Assembly (NCBI GenBank): GCA_964016885.1
Contig: OZ024743.1
Location: 235,600,001 to 235,664,000 of the forward strand
Reading direction: 5' to 3'
Source of the DNA: Eledone cirrhosa
Lineage: Eukaryota
DNA length: 64,000 nucleotides
Shown here: in pieces, positions 1 to 11,657 of the stretch
Numbering within the stretch: position 1 is the first letter of the stretch
Layout: each line of letters opens with the position of its first letter
The notes under the pieces: model-generated
Seen by the model: only the letters and a program-made list of their open reading frames with translations
Databases searched by the model: none
What the model was told of the DNA's origin: nothing
Made by a program: the position numbers and the translations under genes

Positions 1-26
1 TTTAAAACTAACAATCAAAACTCTCT

Positions 27-300
27 GTTTGTGTGTGTGTGTGTGTGTGTGTAGGTGTGTGGGTGGGTGTGTATTGGTATGTGTGTGGGGGGGGTATGTG
101 TGTGTGTAAGGGGATGCATGTCAATATATGTATATATATGAATGCGTATGAGTAAGATTGTGTATGTGTACACATGTGTATGACTGTATGTGTGTGTATG
201 TAAATGTGTGGCTATATGTATGTGTATATGTGTGTATGTGTGTGTGTGTGTGGGGGGGTGTATGTGTGTGTGAGAGGATGCATGTCTGTATATGGATATA
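27..300. repeat. Degenerate (TG)n/(TATG)n simple repeat, continuing after the mariner at about 1199-1580
   Basis: Seen directly; the motif taag.ttgtg.atgtgtacacatgtgtatga occurs on both sides of the mariner. Confidence 0.9.
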
Positions 301-1196
301 CGAGGTGTGTCAGAAAAGTTCCAGGGCTGATGTCACAAAAGATTTATTTCAAACCCAAACTTCACACTAAGAGTTTTCTCCTTCAAAGTAATCCCCCTGG
401 AGTCTAATGCACTTTTCTATCCTTTTCTGTCATGCTTGCATGCACTCCTGGAAGGATTCTTCCGGGATCCTCCGTAGTTCCGTCGTCACGGCCTTTTTGA
501 TGTCGTCCACGTCTTTAAAACGGGTCCCCTCCGGGTCGTACTCGAAGATCCATGACTCATCACCAGTGATGACTGTCCCTAGCAAGTCTGGTTCGGTTTC
601 AAGACGCTCGAGGAGGTCCTGGCACACTTGCATGTGTCGACCCTTCTGGTCATCGTTCAGGAGTTTTGGCACCATCTTCGCGCAGACTTTCCGCTTGTCT
701 AAATCTTCAGTGAGAATCTTCCAGACGCTGTCCCGATTCATGTCCAGCTGATTTGCCATCAGTCGAACAGTCAGCCGACGATCGCTACGCACCATCTGCC
801 TGACGCTCTCAACGTTGACCTCAGTCCTGGTTGTTGAGAGCCTTCCGCTCCTGGGGTCGTCTTCCACGTCCTCGCGTCCTTCTTTAAACCTCTTGCACCA
901 CTCAAAAACACGCGAGAGTGACATCGTCTCATCTCCATACACTTGCTGCAGCAATCCCAGTGCTTCTGACGGAGTTTTCAAGTTTGTTCGTTGCTCTGTG
1001 CTCATTGCTTGACGACCTGAAACAGAGGACATGTATATAAAATTATGAAGAAAAAAGTTTGATCGCTGCAGAGAGCTAAGATTACAGTTACATACTCCAG
1101 GGGGATTATTTTGAAGGAGAAAACTTTTAGTGTGAAGTTTGGGTTTGAAATAAATCTTTTGTGACATCAGTCCTGGAACTTTTCTGACACACCTCG
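301..1196 (-). mobile_element. Mariner (Tc1/mariner) DNA transposon, internally deleted, non-autonomous
   Basis: About 105-bp terminal inverted repeats (CGAGGTGTGTCAGAAAAGTTCCAGG... / ...CCTGGAACTTTTCTGACACACCTCG) and TA target duplication at 299-300 and 1197-1198. The translation has mariner motifs (VFEWCKRFKEGREDVEDDPRSGR; VCAKMVPKLL; ITGDESWIFEYDPE) and then jumps to the C-terminal GTRFKDVDDIK, so most of the DDD domain is lost. Confidence 0.93.
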
Positions 1197-1580
1197 TATA
1201 TGTATGCATATTACTAAGCTTGTGCATGTGTACACATGTGTATGATTGTATGTGTGTGTATGTGTGTGTGTGTGTGGGGGGGGTATGTATATGTGTGTAT
1301 GTGTGTGGGGTGTCCGTATGTGTGTGTGAAGGGATGCATGTCTGTATGTGTGTATGTGTATGGATGTGTGTGGGTGTGTATGGATGGTAGTATATGTATA
1401 TATAAGTGTGTATATGTGTGCATATGAGTAAGCTTGTATATGTGTACTTGTTGATATACAAATCTGTATATGTTTATATATATATATATATATGAAATAT
1501 GCATGTATACGTATGTGTGGGCATGTCTGTATGGGGTGTGTATATATATATATGTTATATATATATATATATATATATAT

Positions 1581-1870
1581 TACTAGCAGCCATACCCGGC
1601 GTTGCCCGGGTGTAAGTCTACCATTAGTAAATCATTTTTTTAAAGAGAAAACAACGTAGCACGAACCCCCTAAAAACATTTATTTTTAACCATAAGAAGT
1701 ATGTGTTGTTCGATGTAAAAACGGTAAAATGTTATGGCATATGAAAGGTGAATGAGTGTAAAAGTGTGACGTTGACGCGGTGAAGCTCCAAACGCGAACT
1801 ATGCCACAAGGAAGTCAGCAGCCCAAAAGTGAGCCACATGGAATTTATGACAATAAATTACATCAGAGAT
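1581..1870. mobile_element. Probable Helentron/HINE-like non-autonomous element end
   Basis: TACTAGCAG followed by the GC hairpin ACCCGGCGTTGCCCGGGT, next to a (TA)n tract, resembles Helentron-associated element termini. The distal boundary is uncertain. Confidence 0.45.
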
Positions 1871-1881
1871 CCTGTTTTCGT

Positions 1882-1981
1882 ATTTTTTTTACACGCAGAA
1901 ATGCCCATTTGTAACGTCCTGTATTGTCCTAAACTGTCCTTAATGTCTACTTTATGTAAACCCTTGGGGTTAATAAAGAAA
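1882..1981 (+). mobile_element. Extremely 5'-truncated 3' end of the Tx1/L1-like LINE family
   Basis: Near-identical to about 16893-16990 (acacgcagaaatgcccatttgta...ttaataaagaaa). Confidence 0.85.
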
Positions 1982-2034
1982 GCATAATTATATATAGTTT
2001 ATATATAAGTATAAATATTATTATTATTATTATT

Positions 2035-2828
2035 CTTTGAGTCTCAGTCATTGATGTTAGTTAACTGGAAAGTTTGTTGAAATGAATATCAAGCCACTAC
2101 CTGCAGCCTCAGATATTCAGGACGTATCGGAGAGTTCTTGCTGTTCCCAGCAAGCATGCCTTTTGAAGTGTTCCAAAAAGCGGGGCGGGGCCAATTTTCT
2201 TTAACCATCCCTGAAAACTTTTTGAGATAGTACCTAGTGCGCCTATGACAATCGGGACCACTTTGACTTCATGGCAGTTCCAAATCCTTTTTACCTCCCA
2301 TTTTAAGTCCTGGTATCGGTTAATTTTCTCCCTCTCCTTCTCTTGCACTCTCGTGTCGAATGGGCAGGCCACATCCACAATCAGGCACGATCTTTTTTCC
2401 TTGTCCAAAACCACCAGGTCAGGTCTATTGTGTTCCAGTTTCTTGTCCGTCTGTATCCTAAAATCTCATAGCACCTTCACCTGATCGTTTTCTATAACCG
2501 ACTCTGGCTTATGCTCATACCACTTCTCAGAATGTGGTAAATTGTTTACTTTGCATAGGTGCCAGTGGATCACCCTGCCCATCACATCATGTCTCCAGCC
2601 TTTATAGTGAGTCTGGACTAGGTGTTTACACTCGGATACAATGTGAGCCACACTCTCCTCTCTCTCTCCACAGATCTTGCACAGTGGGCTAGCCTCCTCC
2701 TTGTAAATATGGTGTTTCAGCCACTTCGTTTTGAGGGCCTGCTCTTGCGTAGCCATTAGCATTCCTTCTGTAGCCTTTTTAAGGTCTCCTCTTCTCAACC
2801 AGTTCCATGTCTGTGGATCTCTGAATTC
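2035..2828 (-). mobile_element. R4/Dong-like RLE non-LTR retrotransposon, 5'-truncated (copy 1)
   Basis: CCHC knuckle ([18 protein letters not shown]) and restriction-like endonuclease (PD..D..K: RPDLVV...IVDVACPFD...EKINRY); flanked by (TTA)n on both sides. Confidence 0.9.
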
Positions 2829-2834
2829 CTATTA

Positions 2835-2866
<32 letters not shown>

Positions 2867-5800
2867 CCTTGAATCTCAGTCATTGATGTTGGTTAACTGG
2901 AAAGTCCGTTGGAATGAATATCAAGCCACTACCTGTAGCCTCAGATATTCAGGACGTATCGGAGGGTTCTTGCTGTTCCCAGCAAGCATGCCTTTTGAAG
3001 CGTTCCAAAAAGCGTGAAGGGGCCGATTTTCTTTAACCATCCCTGGAAACTTTTGGAGATAGTCCCCAGTGCGCCTATGACAATCGGGATCACTTTGACT
3101 TCATGGCAGTTCCAAATCTTTTTCACCTCCCACTTTAGGTCCTGGTATCGGTTAATTTTCTCCCTCTCCTTCTCTTGCACTCTCGAGTCGAATGGGCAGG
3201 CCACGTCCACAATCAGACACGATCTTTTTTCTTTGTCCACAACCACCAGGTCAGGTCTATTGTGTTCCAGTTTCTTGTCCGTCTGTATCCTAAAATCACA
3301 CAGCACCTTCACCTGATCGTTCTCCATCACCGCCTCTGGTCTATGCTCATACCATTTCTCAGAATGTGGCAGATTGTTTACTTTGCACAGGTGCCAGTGG
3401 ATCACCCTGCCCATCACATCATGTCTCCAGCCCTTATAGTGGGTCTGGGCTAGGTGTTTACACTCGGATACAATGTGAGCCACAGTCTCCTCTCTCTCTC
3501 TCCACAGATCCTGCACAGTGGGCTAGCCTCCTCCTTGTAAATATGGTGCTTCAACCACTTCGTTTTGAGGGCCTGTTCCTGCGCAGCCATTAGCATTCCT
3601 TCTGTAGCCTTTTTGAGGTCTCCTCTTCTCAACCAGTTCCATGTCTGTGGATCTCTGAATTCAGTTTTCTCAAAGAAGGTACTATGAAGGGATTTTCCCT
3701 GAAGGCTGCTCTTTCTCCTTGATGTTATTTCCTCCTTGGACATCCCCTGGCCTACTGTCCCCTCCTTCAGTACAGTTCTGAGCATTGGCTCCCTACAATC
3801 AGTCACGTATTTGTATAGGTTGTTTTTCTCCATCTGAACACAGTCCTCTATGCTGATAAGACCTCTTCCACCCTCAGATCTCCTTAGGTAGAGTCTATCG
3901 ACATCACTCCTCTTGTGGAACATGTTGTAGATAGTCAATACCTTCCTAGTCTTCCTATCCATTTCTTTTTGTTCAGCAACATTCCATCTCAGAATTCCCG
4001 CACTGTACCTAATAATAGACACAGCTCGGGAATTTACTGCGCTTATGGCATTTCTGCTGTTCAGATGTGACTTCAATACGCTCCTTACTCTCCGAATGTA
4101 TTCAGTTCTTAACAATTCCTTTATTTTTTTGTTCTTTATGCCATCAGCCTCCAGAACGCCCAAATACTTGTATCCTTCCTCAGAGTCAATTTCCTTTATC
4201 ATCTCACCTGTTGGGATCTGGATTCCGTTACTTCTGCTCAACCTACCCCTCCTCATCACAATGACTCCACATTTACTAATACCAAACTGCATACATATAT
4301 CAGTGCTGAAAATACGGACAGTGTCAACAAGCACATCCAACTCCTTCTCACTCTTCCCGAAGAGCTTAAGATCGTCCATGAAGAGGAGGTGATTGATGGT
4401 AAGCTCTCCCTTTCCCAACTTGTATCCTGCTCTCACTTTTCGCAGCATAATGGTCAAGGGCATCAGGGCAAGGACAAACAACAGAGGGGACAGGCTATCT
4501 CCCTGGAAGATACCTCTCTTGATCTTCACGCTTCCCAAGGATACTCCAGTTGATGTCAACTCTGTCTCCCAGGACCCCATACTCCTGCCCAGCAACTGTC
4601 TGATGTTATCTGCCACCTTGAAGATCTCCAGGCTTTTGGTGATTCAAGAATGAGGCACCATGTCAAATGCCTTTCTGTAGTCTATCCATCCCATGGCAAG
4701 ACCAGTGTGTCTCCTCCTGCAATTCCCCATTACCATCTTATCAATAAGTAACTGGTCCTTTGTACCACGTGACTTCTTTCGGCATCCTTTCTGTTCGTCC
4801 GGTAACAAGTTGTTTATGTGGAGGTGATGGTAGATTTCCTCAGACACAATGCTCGTCAACAGTTTCCACATTACGGACAGACATGTGATAGGTCTATAGT
4901 TGGTAACATCATTACCCTTGATTCGGTCTTTCATTATCAGAACTGTGGTACCTTTTGTTAACCACTCTGGCACCTCACCCGACACCAAGCAGTCATTGAA
5001 CATGGCCGTCAGCTTCGGGTGGAGGGATGTTAAATTTTTAATTCAATACCCCTGCACACCATCTGGGCCTGGCGATTTCCAGTTGGTTAGTTTTTTGGCC
5101 TGCCCCTTGAGAGTTTCAACTGTGATACTCAAATCAGTTTGTTGGTGTGCCTGCTCACCGATCTCCCTCTGTACTGTCTCAATCCACCCTGCCTGGTCAT
5201 TATGTCTAACATCCTGCTCCCATATTCCTCTCCAGAATGTTTTAGTTTGTTCCGCCCCAGGGATCAAGTCGTTGCCTCTTTCTTTCCCCTCAAACTGTCC
5301 AAACAGCATCTTCTGGTTGTTGTCGAACATGCGGTTCTGTTTATACTGACTGACTCTGTTCTTGTATCGCCTGATTTTTGCACTCTTTGCTACAATGCGT
5401 TGCTTCAGTTCCTCTATGATAATATTTAGCTTTTTCCTCCTAGTCTTGTACTTTATTTCCAGTCTATTTTTAGTGCCTATGTTTTTTAGTGTCCCATTCA
5501 GTAGTGACTCAAGCTTTCCTATGTCGTTTCTCATTTCCCTGATTTGACCACTCAGTCGTTTCTTCCACCAAGGCTCTGCTCTTTCTTTTCTGTTGTTTCC
5601 TCTCGCTTTTATACCAAGTAGTTTCCTCACCGTATTTGCTGTTGCTTTGAGGATATTGTTGCACTGGTGAAGGCTCCTCGCCTCAAGGTATAGGATGACT
5701 TTGTTTACCTTAGCTGTTGTTTCTTTTAACTTTTTCCTGTCTACAAATCTTAGGTTCATAGGTCTCCCACTATCATTGTTCAATTCATCTACCACTAAAT

Positions 5801-6576
5801 TTAGGATGTCAACCGAATCTTGTCCTAGCCCGTCAGCATTCATCTCCTCAGTGGCCGTATCTCTGTTCCAGGTATTATTTATCTCAGTATTCAGATCATT
5901 GTCTGCTTCGGGTGGTTCCTCCGTTCTCTCGACCTCTTCACCTTCATTTCCCACTGGCTCGTGTGTCTGGCATATTACACCCTCCATCTCCAAGCTATTC
6001 TCTCTGCTCAGTTCCTCCAGTTCCAGCTCGCTTATCCACCCATTAGTTCTTATTACCCGAGACTGCCCGGCCAATTTTTGTTCATCTAATTTAAATAGAC
6101 CAATCTCGTTCCAGATGTTATGCATCCGTTTCCTATTGCCTTTCTCCTTGGGGTTACTCTTCAGGTAACATTGCATAACAGTTCTATTCAATTCTTTCGT
6201 CCAGTTGGTTCTGGCCCTTTCTTTCTTCTCCTTCCTCCAACATCAGCAGTATTTGGTTGACAGTCAGGTTCCTGCTGCTAAGCCAGGGAGCACCTGTTGG
6301 GTGAGAGTCTGTCACATGACGTTCTAGTCTCCATTTCACCGTTATTCGAACTGTTTAGGTTCGATATTTAAACACTCTTATCGAGGATTGGCGAATGTAT
6401 GGTTACATAGCCATCTGTGGATTCACCGTCGCCGGTGTTTGCGCCGCTCCACTTGGCACTTGTGTGGCATTATCACCACGCTGTAGACGAACACAAATAA
6501 ACAAACAAACACACAGGCAGAAAAGACCCCAAAAATGAATAAGCATAAGTTTCATTGTAATCTAGTGTTCGAATGT

Positions 6577-6580
<4 letters not shown>
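2867..6580 (-). mobile_element. R4/Dong-like RLE non-LTR retrotransposon, near full length (copy 2)
   Basis: Single ORF remnant at about 6334..2941 with RT ([38 protein letters not shown]), CCHC and RLE domains, broken by stops and frameshifts; (TTA)n at both ends. Confidence 0.92.
2941..6334 (-). pseudogene. Disrupted RT-RLE polyprotein of copy 2
   Basis: ORF fragments 5043-6191, 4644-5003, 3450-4616 and 2941-3516 are collinear with copy 3; TGG>TGA stops at about 5043 and 4644. Confidence 0.88.
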
Positions 6581-6612
<32 letters not shown>

Positions 6613-6624
6613 GTTATTGTTATT

Positions 6625-9600
6625 CCTTGAATCTCAGTCATTGATGTTGGTTAACTGGAAAGTCCGTTGGATTGAATATCAAGCCACTACCTGCAGCCTC
6701 AGATATTCAGGACGTATCGGAGGGTTCTTGCTGTTCCAAGCAAGCATGCCTTTTGAAGCGTTCCAAAAAGCGTGAAGGGGCCGATTTTCTTTAACCATCC
6801 CTGGAAACCTTTGGAGATAGTCCCCAGTGCGCCTATCGGATCACTTTGACTTCATGGCAGTTCCAAATCCTTTTCACCTCCCACTTTAGGTCCTGGTATC
6901 GGTTAATTTTCTCCCTCTCCTTCTCTTGCACTCTCGTGTCGAACGGGCAGGCCACATCCACAATCAGGCACGATCTTTTTTCTTTGTCCACAACCACCAG
7001 GTCAGGTCTATTGTGTTCCAGTTTTTTGTCCGTCTGTATCCTAAAATCCCACAGCACCTTCACCTGACTGTTCTCCATCACCGCCTCTGGCCTATGCTCA
7101 TACCATTTCTCAGAATGTGGTAGATTGTTTACTTTGCACAGGTGCCAGTGGATCACCCTGCCCATCACATCGTGTCTCCAGCCCTTATAGTGGGTCTGGG
7201 CTAGGTGTTTACACTCGGACACAATGTGAGCCACAGTCTCCTCTCTCTCTCCACAGATCCTGCACAGTGGGCTAGCCTCCTCCTTGTAGATATGGTGCTT
7301 CAACCACTTCGTTTTGAGGGCCTGCTCCTGCGCAGCCATTAGCATTCCTTCTGTAGCCTTTTTGAGGTCTCCTCTTCTCAACCAGTTCCATGTCTGTGGA
7401 TCTCTAAATTCAGTTTTCTCAAAGAAGGTACTATGAAGGGATTTTCCCTTAAGGCTGCTCTTCCTCCTTGATGTTATTTCCTCCTTGGATATCCCCTGGC
7501 CTACTGTCCCCTCCTTCAGTACAGCTCTGAGCATTGGCTCCTTACTATAGGTCACGTATTTGTATAGGTTGTTTTTCTCCATATGAACACAGTCCTCTAT
7601 GCTGATAAGACCTCTTCCACCCTCAGATCTCCTTAGGTAGAGTCTATCGACATCACTCCTCTTGTGGAACATGTTGTAGATAGTCAATAGCTTCCTAGTC
7701 TTCCTATCCATTTCTTTTTGTTCAGCAACATTCCATCTCAGAATTCCCGCACTGTACCTAATAATAGACACAGCTCGGGAATTTACTGCGCTTATGGCAT
7801 TTCTGCTGTTCAGATGTGACTTCAATACGCTCCTTACTCTCCGAATGTATTCAGTTCTTAACAATTCCTTTATTTTTTTGTTCTTTATGCCATCAGCCTC
7901 CAGAACGCCCAAATACTTGTATCCTTCCTCAGAGTCAATTTCCTTTATCATCTCACCTGTTGGTATCTGGATCCCGTTACTTCTGCTCAACCTACCCCTC
8001 TTCATCACAATGACTCCACATTTACTAATACCAAACTGCATACATATATCACTGCTGAAAATACGGACAGTGTCAACAAGCACATCCAACTCCTTCTCAC
8101 TTTTCCCGAAGAGCTTAAGATCGTCCATGAAGAGGAGGTGATTGGTGGTAAGCTCTCCCCTTCCCAACTTGTATCCTGCTCTCACTTTTCGCAGCATAAT
8201 GGTCAAGGGCATCAGGGCAAGGACAAACAACAGAGGGGACAGGCTATCTCCCTGGAAGATACCTCTCTTGATCTTCACGCTTCCCAAGGATACTCCAGTT
8301 GATGTCAACTCTGTCTCCCAGGACCCCATACTCCTGCCCAGCAACTGTCTGATATTATCCGCCACCCTGAAGATCTCCAGGCTTTTGGTGATCCAGGAAT
8401 GAGGCACCATGTCAAATGCCTTTCTGTAGTCTATCCATCCCATGGCAAGATCAGTGTGTCTCCTCCTGCAATTCCCCATTACCATCTTATCAATAAGCAA
8501 CTGGTCCTTTGTACCACGTGACTTCTTTCGGCATCCTTTCTGTTCGTCCGGTAACAAGTTGTTTGTGTGGAGGTGATGGTAGATTTCCACATTACGGGCA
8601 GACATGTGATAGGTCTATAGTTGGTGACATCATTACCCTTGATTCGGTCTTTCATTATCAGAACTGTGGTACCTTTTGTCAACCACTCTGGCACCTCACC
8701 CGACACCAAGCAGTCATTGAACATGGCCGTCAGCTTCGGGTGGAGGGATGTTAAATGTTTAATCCAATACCCCTGCACACCATCTGGGCCTGGTGATTTC
8801 CAGTTGGTTAGTTTTTTGGCTTGCCCCTTAAGAGTTTCAACTGTGATACTCAAATCAGTCTGTTGCTGTGCCTGCTCACCGATCTCCCTCTGTACTGTCT
8901 CAATCCACCCTGCCTGGGCATTGTGTCTAACATCCTGCTCCCATATTCCTCTCCAGAATGTTTTAGCTTGTTCCACCCCAGGGATCAAGTCGTTGCCTCT
9001 TTCTTTCCCCTCAAGCTGTCCAAACAACATCTTCTGGTTGTTGTCGAACATGCGGTTCTGTTTATACTGACTGACTCTGTTCTCGTATCGCCTGATTTTG
9101 GCACTCTTTGCTACAATGCGTTGCTTCAATTCCTCTATGATAATATTTAGCTTTTTACTCCTAGTTTTGTATTTTATTTCCAGTCTATTTTTAGTGCCTA
9201 TGTTTTTTAGTGTCCCATTCAGTAGTGACTCAAGCTTTCCTATGTCATTTCTCATTTCCCCGATTTGCCCACTCAGTCGCTTCTTCCACCAAGGCTCTGC
9301 TCTTTCTTGTCTGTTGTTTCCTCTCGCTTTTATACCAAGTAGTTTCCTCACCGTATTTGCTGTTGCTTTGAGGATATTGTTGCACTGGTGAAGACTCCTC
9401 GCCTCAAGGTATGGGATGACTTTGTTTACCTTAGCTGTTGTTTCTTTTAACTTTTTCCTGTCTACAAATCTTAGGTTCATAGGTCTCCCACTATCATTGT
9501 TCAACTCATCTACCACTAAATTTAGGATGTCAACCGAATCTTGTCCTAGCCCGTCAGCATTCATCTCCTCAGTGGCCGTATCTCTGTTCCAGGTATTATT

Positions 9601-10280
9601 TATCTCAGTATTCAGATCATTGTCTGCTTCGGGTGGTTCCTCCGTTCTCAGGACCTCCTCACCTTCATTTCCCGCCGGCTCGCTTGTCTGGCATACTACA
9701 CCCGCCATCTCCAAGCTATTCTCTCTGCTCAGTTCCTCCAGTTCCAGCTCGCTTATCCACCCATTAGTTCTTATTACCCGAGCCTGCCCGGCCAATTTTT
9801 GTTCATCTAATTTAAATAAACCAATATCGTTCCAGATGTTATGCATCCGTCTCCTGTAGCCCCTCTCCTTGGGGTTACTTTTCAGGTAGCATTGCATAAC
9901 AGTTCTATTCAATTCTTTCGTCCAGTTGGTTCTGGCCCCTTTCCTTCTTCTTCTTCCTCCAACATCAGCAGTATTTGGTTGACAGTCAGGTTCCTGCTGC
10001 TGAGCCAGGGGGCACCTGTTGGGTGAGAGTCTGTCACATGACGTTCTAGTCTCCATTTCACCGTTATTCGAACTGTTTATGTTCGATATTTAAACACTCT
10101 TATCGAGGATTGGCGAATGTATGTTTACATAGCCATCTGTGGATCCGCCATCCCACTTGGCCCTTGTGTGGCATTATCACCACGCTGTATACGAACACAC
10201 ATAAACAAACAAACACACGGGCAGAAAGGGCCCCAAAAATGAATAAGCATAAGTTTCATTGTAATGTAGTATTCGAATGT
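6625..10280 (-). mobile_element. R4/Dong-like RLE non-LTR retrotransposon, near full length (copy 3)
   Basis: Highly similar to copy 2 over its whole length; 3' end abuts (TTA)n at 6581-6624. Confidence 0.92.
6699..10056 (-). pseudogene. RT-CCHC-RLE polyprotein of copy 3, broken by two small deletions
   Basis: 525-aa and 590-aa ORFs joined by a 28-bp frameshifting deletion at about 8588, plus a loss of about 7 bp at about 6836 relative to copy 2. Confidence 0.88.
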
Positions 10281-11116
10281 CTGACTTAGTTTTTGTTTTT
10301 TAAGTTTTACTTTTTCCCCCCTCTTCTCTGTCCGTCCGCCTGCTTCTCTCTTCATTCTTATTTTCTTTACGTTTTGGGGGTTTCTTTTTTTGTTTTTGTT
10401 TTTCTCTGTTTGTTTTTCTCGTTTTTTGCTGTTGTTGCTGTGCTGCTTTGGTTTTGTTGTTTGTTTTTTCTTTTTTCTTTTGAGTCTATCTATATATTTT
10501 GATGCCTTCCTCTTTGTTAGTAGTAGGAATTCTATAATGTGGAAGTGGCAGCCAGCAGAGACTGGCGGCGTTGGCGATACTGAGACAGTGGTGGTGGTGA
10601 TGTCGATACCGAGGCAGTGGTGGCGGTGATGCGACCGTATTACTGTAGTGATGGTGCTGTAGCGGTGGCAGCAGCAGTGAAGGAGTCAAGGGGTGGTGGC
10701 GGCGGTGATGGGATAGTGGTGGTAATGATGGCCGTAGTGAGCGGTGGCGGTGAAGGTGAAAATGCTGTTGTGTTTAGTGTACATAGATGATGGGGTGGGT
10801 GGTGTATCTAGTTTCTGGTGTTGGTGAGTTTAGCTGTCCTATATAGTGTAGCCAGAGGAGAGGAGGGGGGGGTCTTCTTCCATTTATAGCCATTTTTTTG
10901 GGGGGGATATACAGTGTACAATACAAAGTTGAATATTTGAATATTTGAGCCTTATAACAATATATTTTGGGTCCGAATTTTTTGGGGCTCAAGCCGGGTG
11001 CTTTACGTAGCATTTGTACTAAGAGTTGTTATTTCACAAATGATTTAAATATGTTAAAAATTCAAAACTTACGGGAGCGATTTCATGACCTCCATCACCT
11101 CGTGCGTCTTCTTCCC

Positions 11117-11139
11117 TATTATTATTATCATTATTATTA

Positions 11140-11204
<65 letters not shown>
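11117..11204. repeat. (ATT)n microsatellite
   Basis: Seen directly. Confidence 0.97.
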
Positions 11205-11657
11205 GGTGAGCTACGTAGTAAATCGTATCATCGTGAGCACCGCAAAGGTTTGTTATTTTCAGTTGTTTAAAATTGCTATTTATGGAAATTTTTTATTGTT
11301 AACTGTATATAAGTGCACATACATTGATTTCTGAAAAGGACACTCAAAAAGATTGGGGCTTTGAGCCCAAAATTTAAACTTTTTATAATTATCAAACAAA
11401 AAACTATCTTTGAAAAATCAGGGCCGACTCAGAGTCACATCTTCCTCACAAACTAACACCTCACACCGACACCACCATTGTAAATATTACTACGTTTTCC
11501 AACACTAAAAATATAACCAGTAGCAATATTTTAAATTTGTCTCAGGCAGACATTCATTTCCCGCCATTACCAATGACTGCAGGTGTTAAAGCCGCCACCC
11601 CACCACCACAGCGACAACAGAAACAAAAGAAAAAATAAATTAACTCGTGATATCGAA

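Noticed and set aside
1200-1461. N-terminal extension of the 343-aa mariner ORF
   Set aside because: It lies outside the TIR, in (CA)n simple repeat.
6400-6500. GC-rich hairpins in the Dong 5' UTR as an HDV-like or pistol ribozyme
   Set aside because: I could not build the required pseudoknot by hand; left for a motif search.
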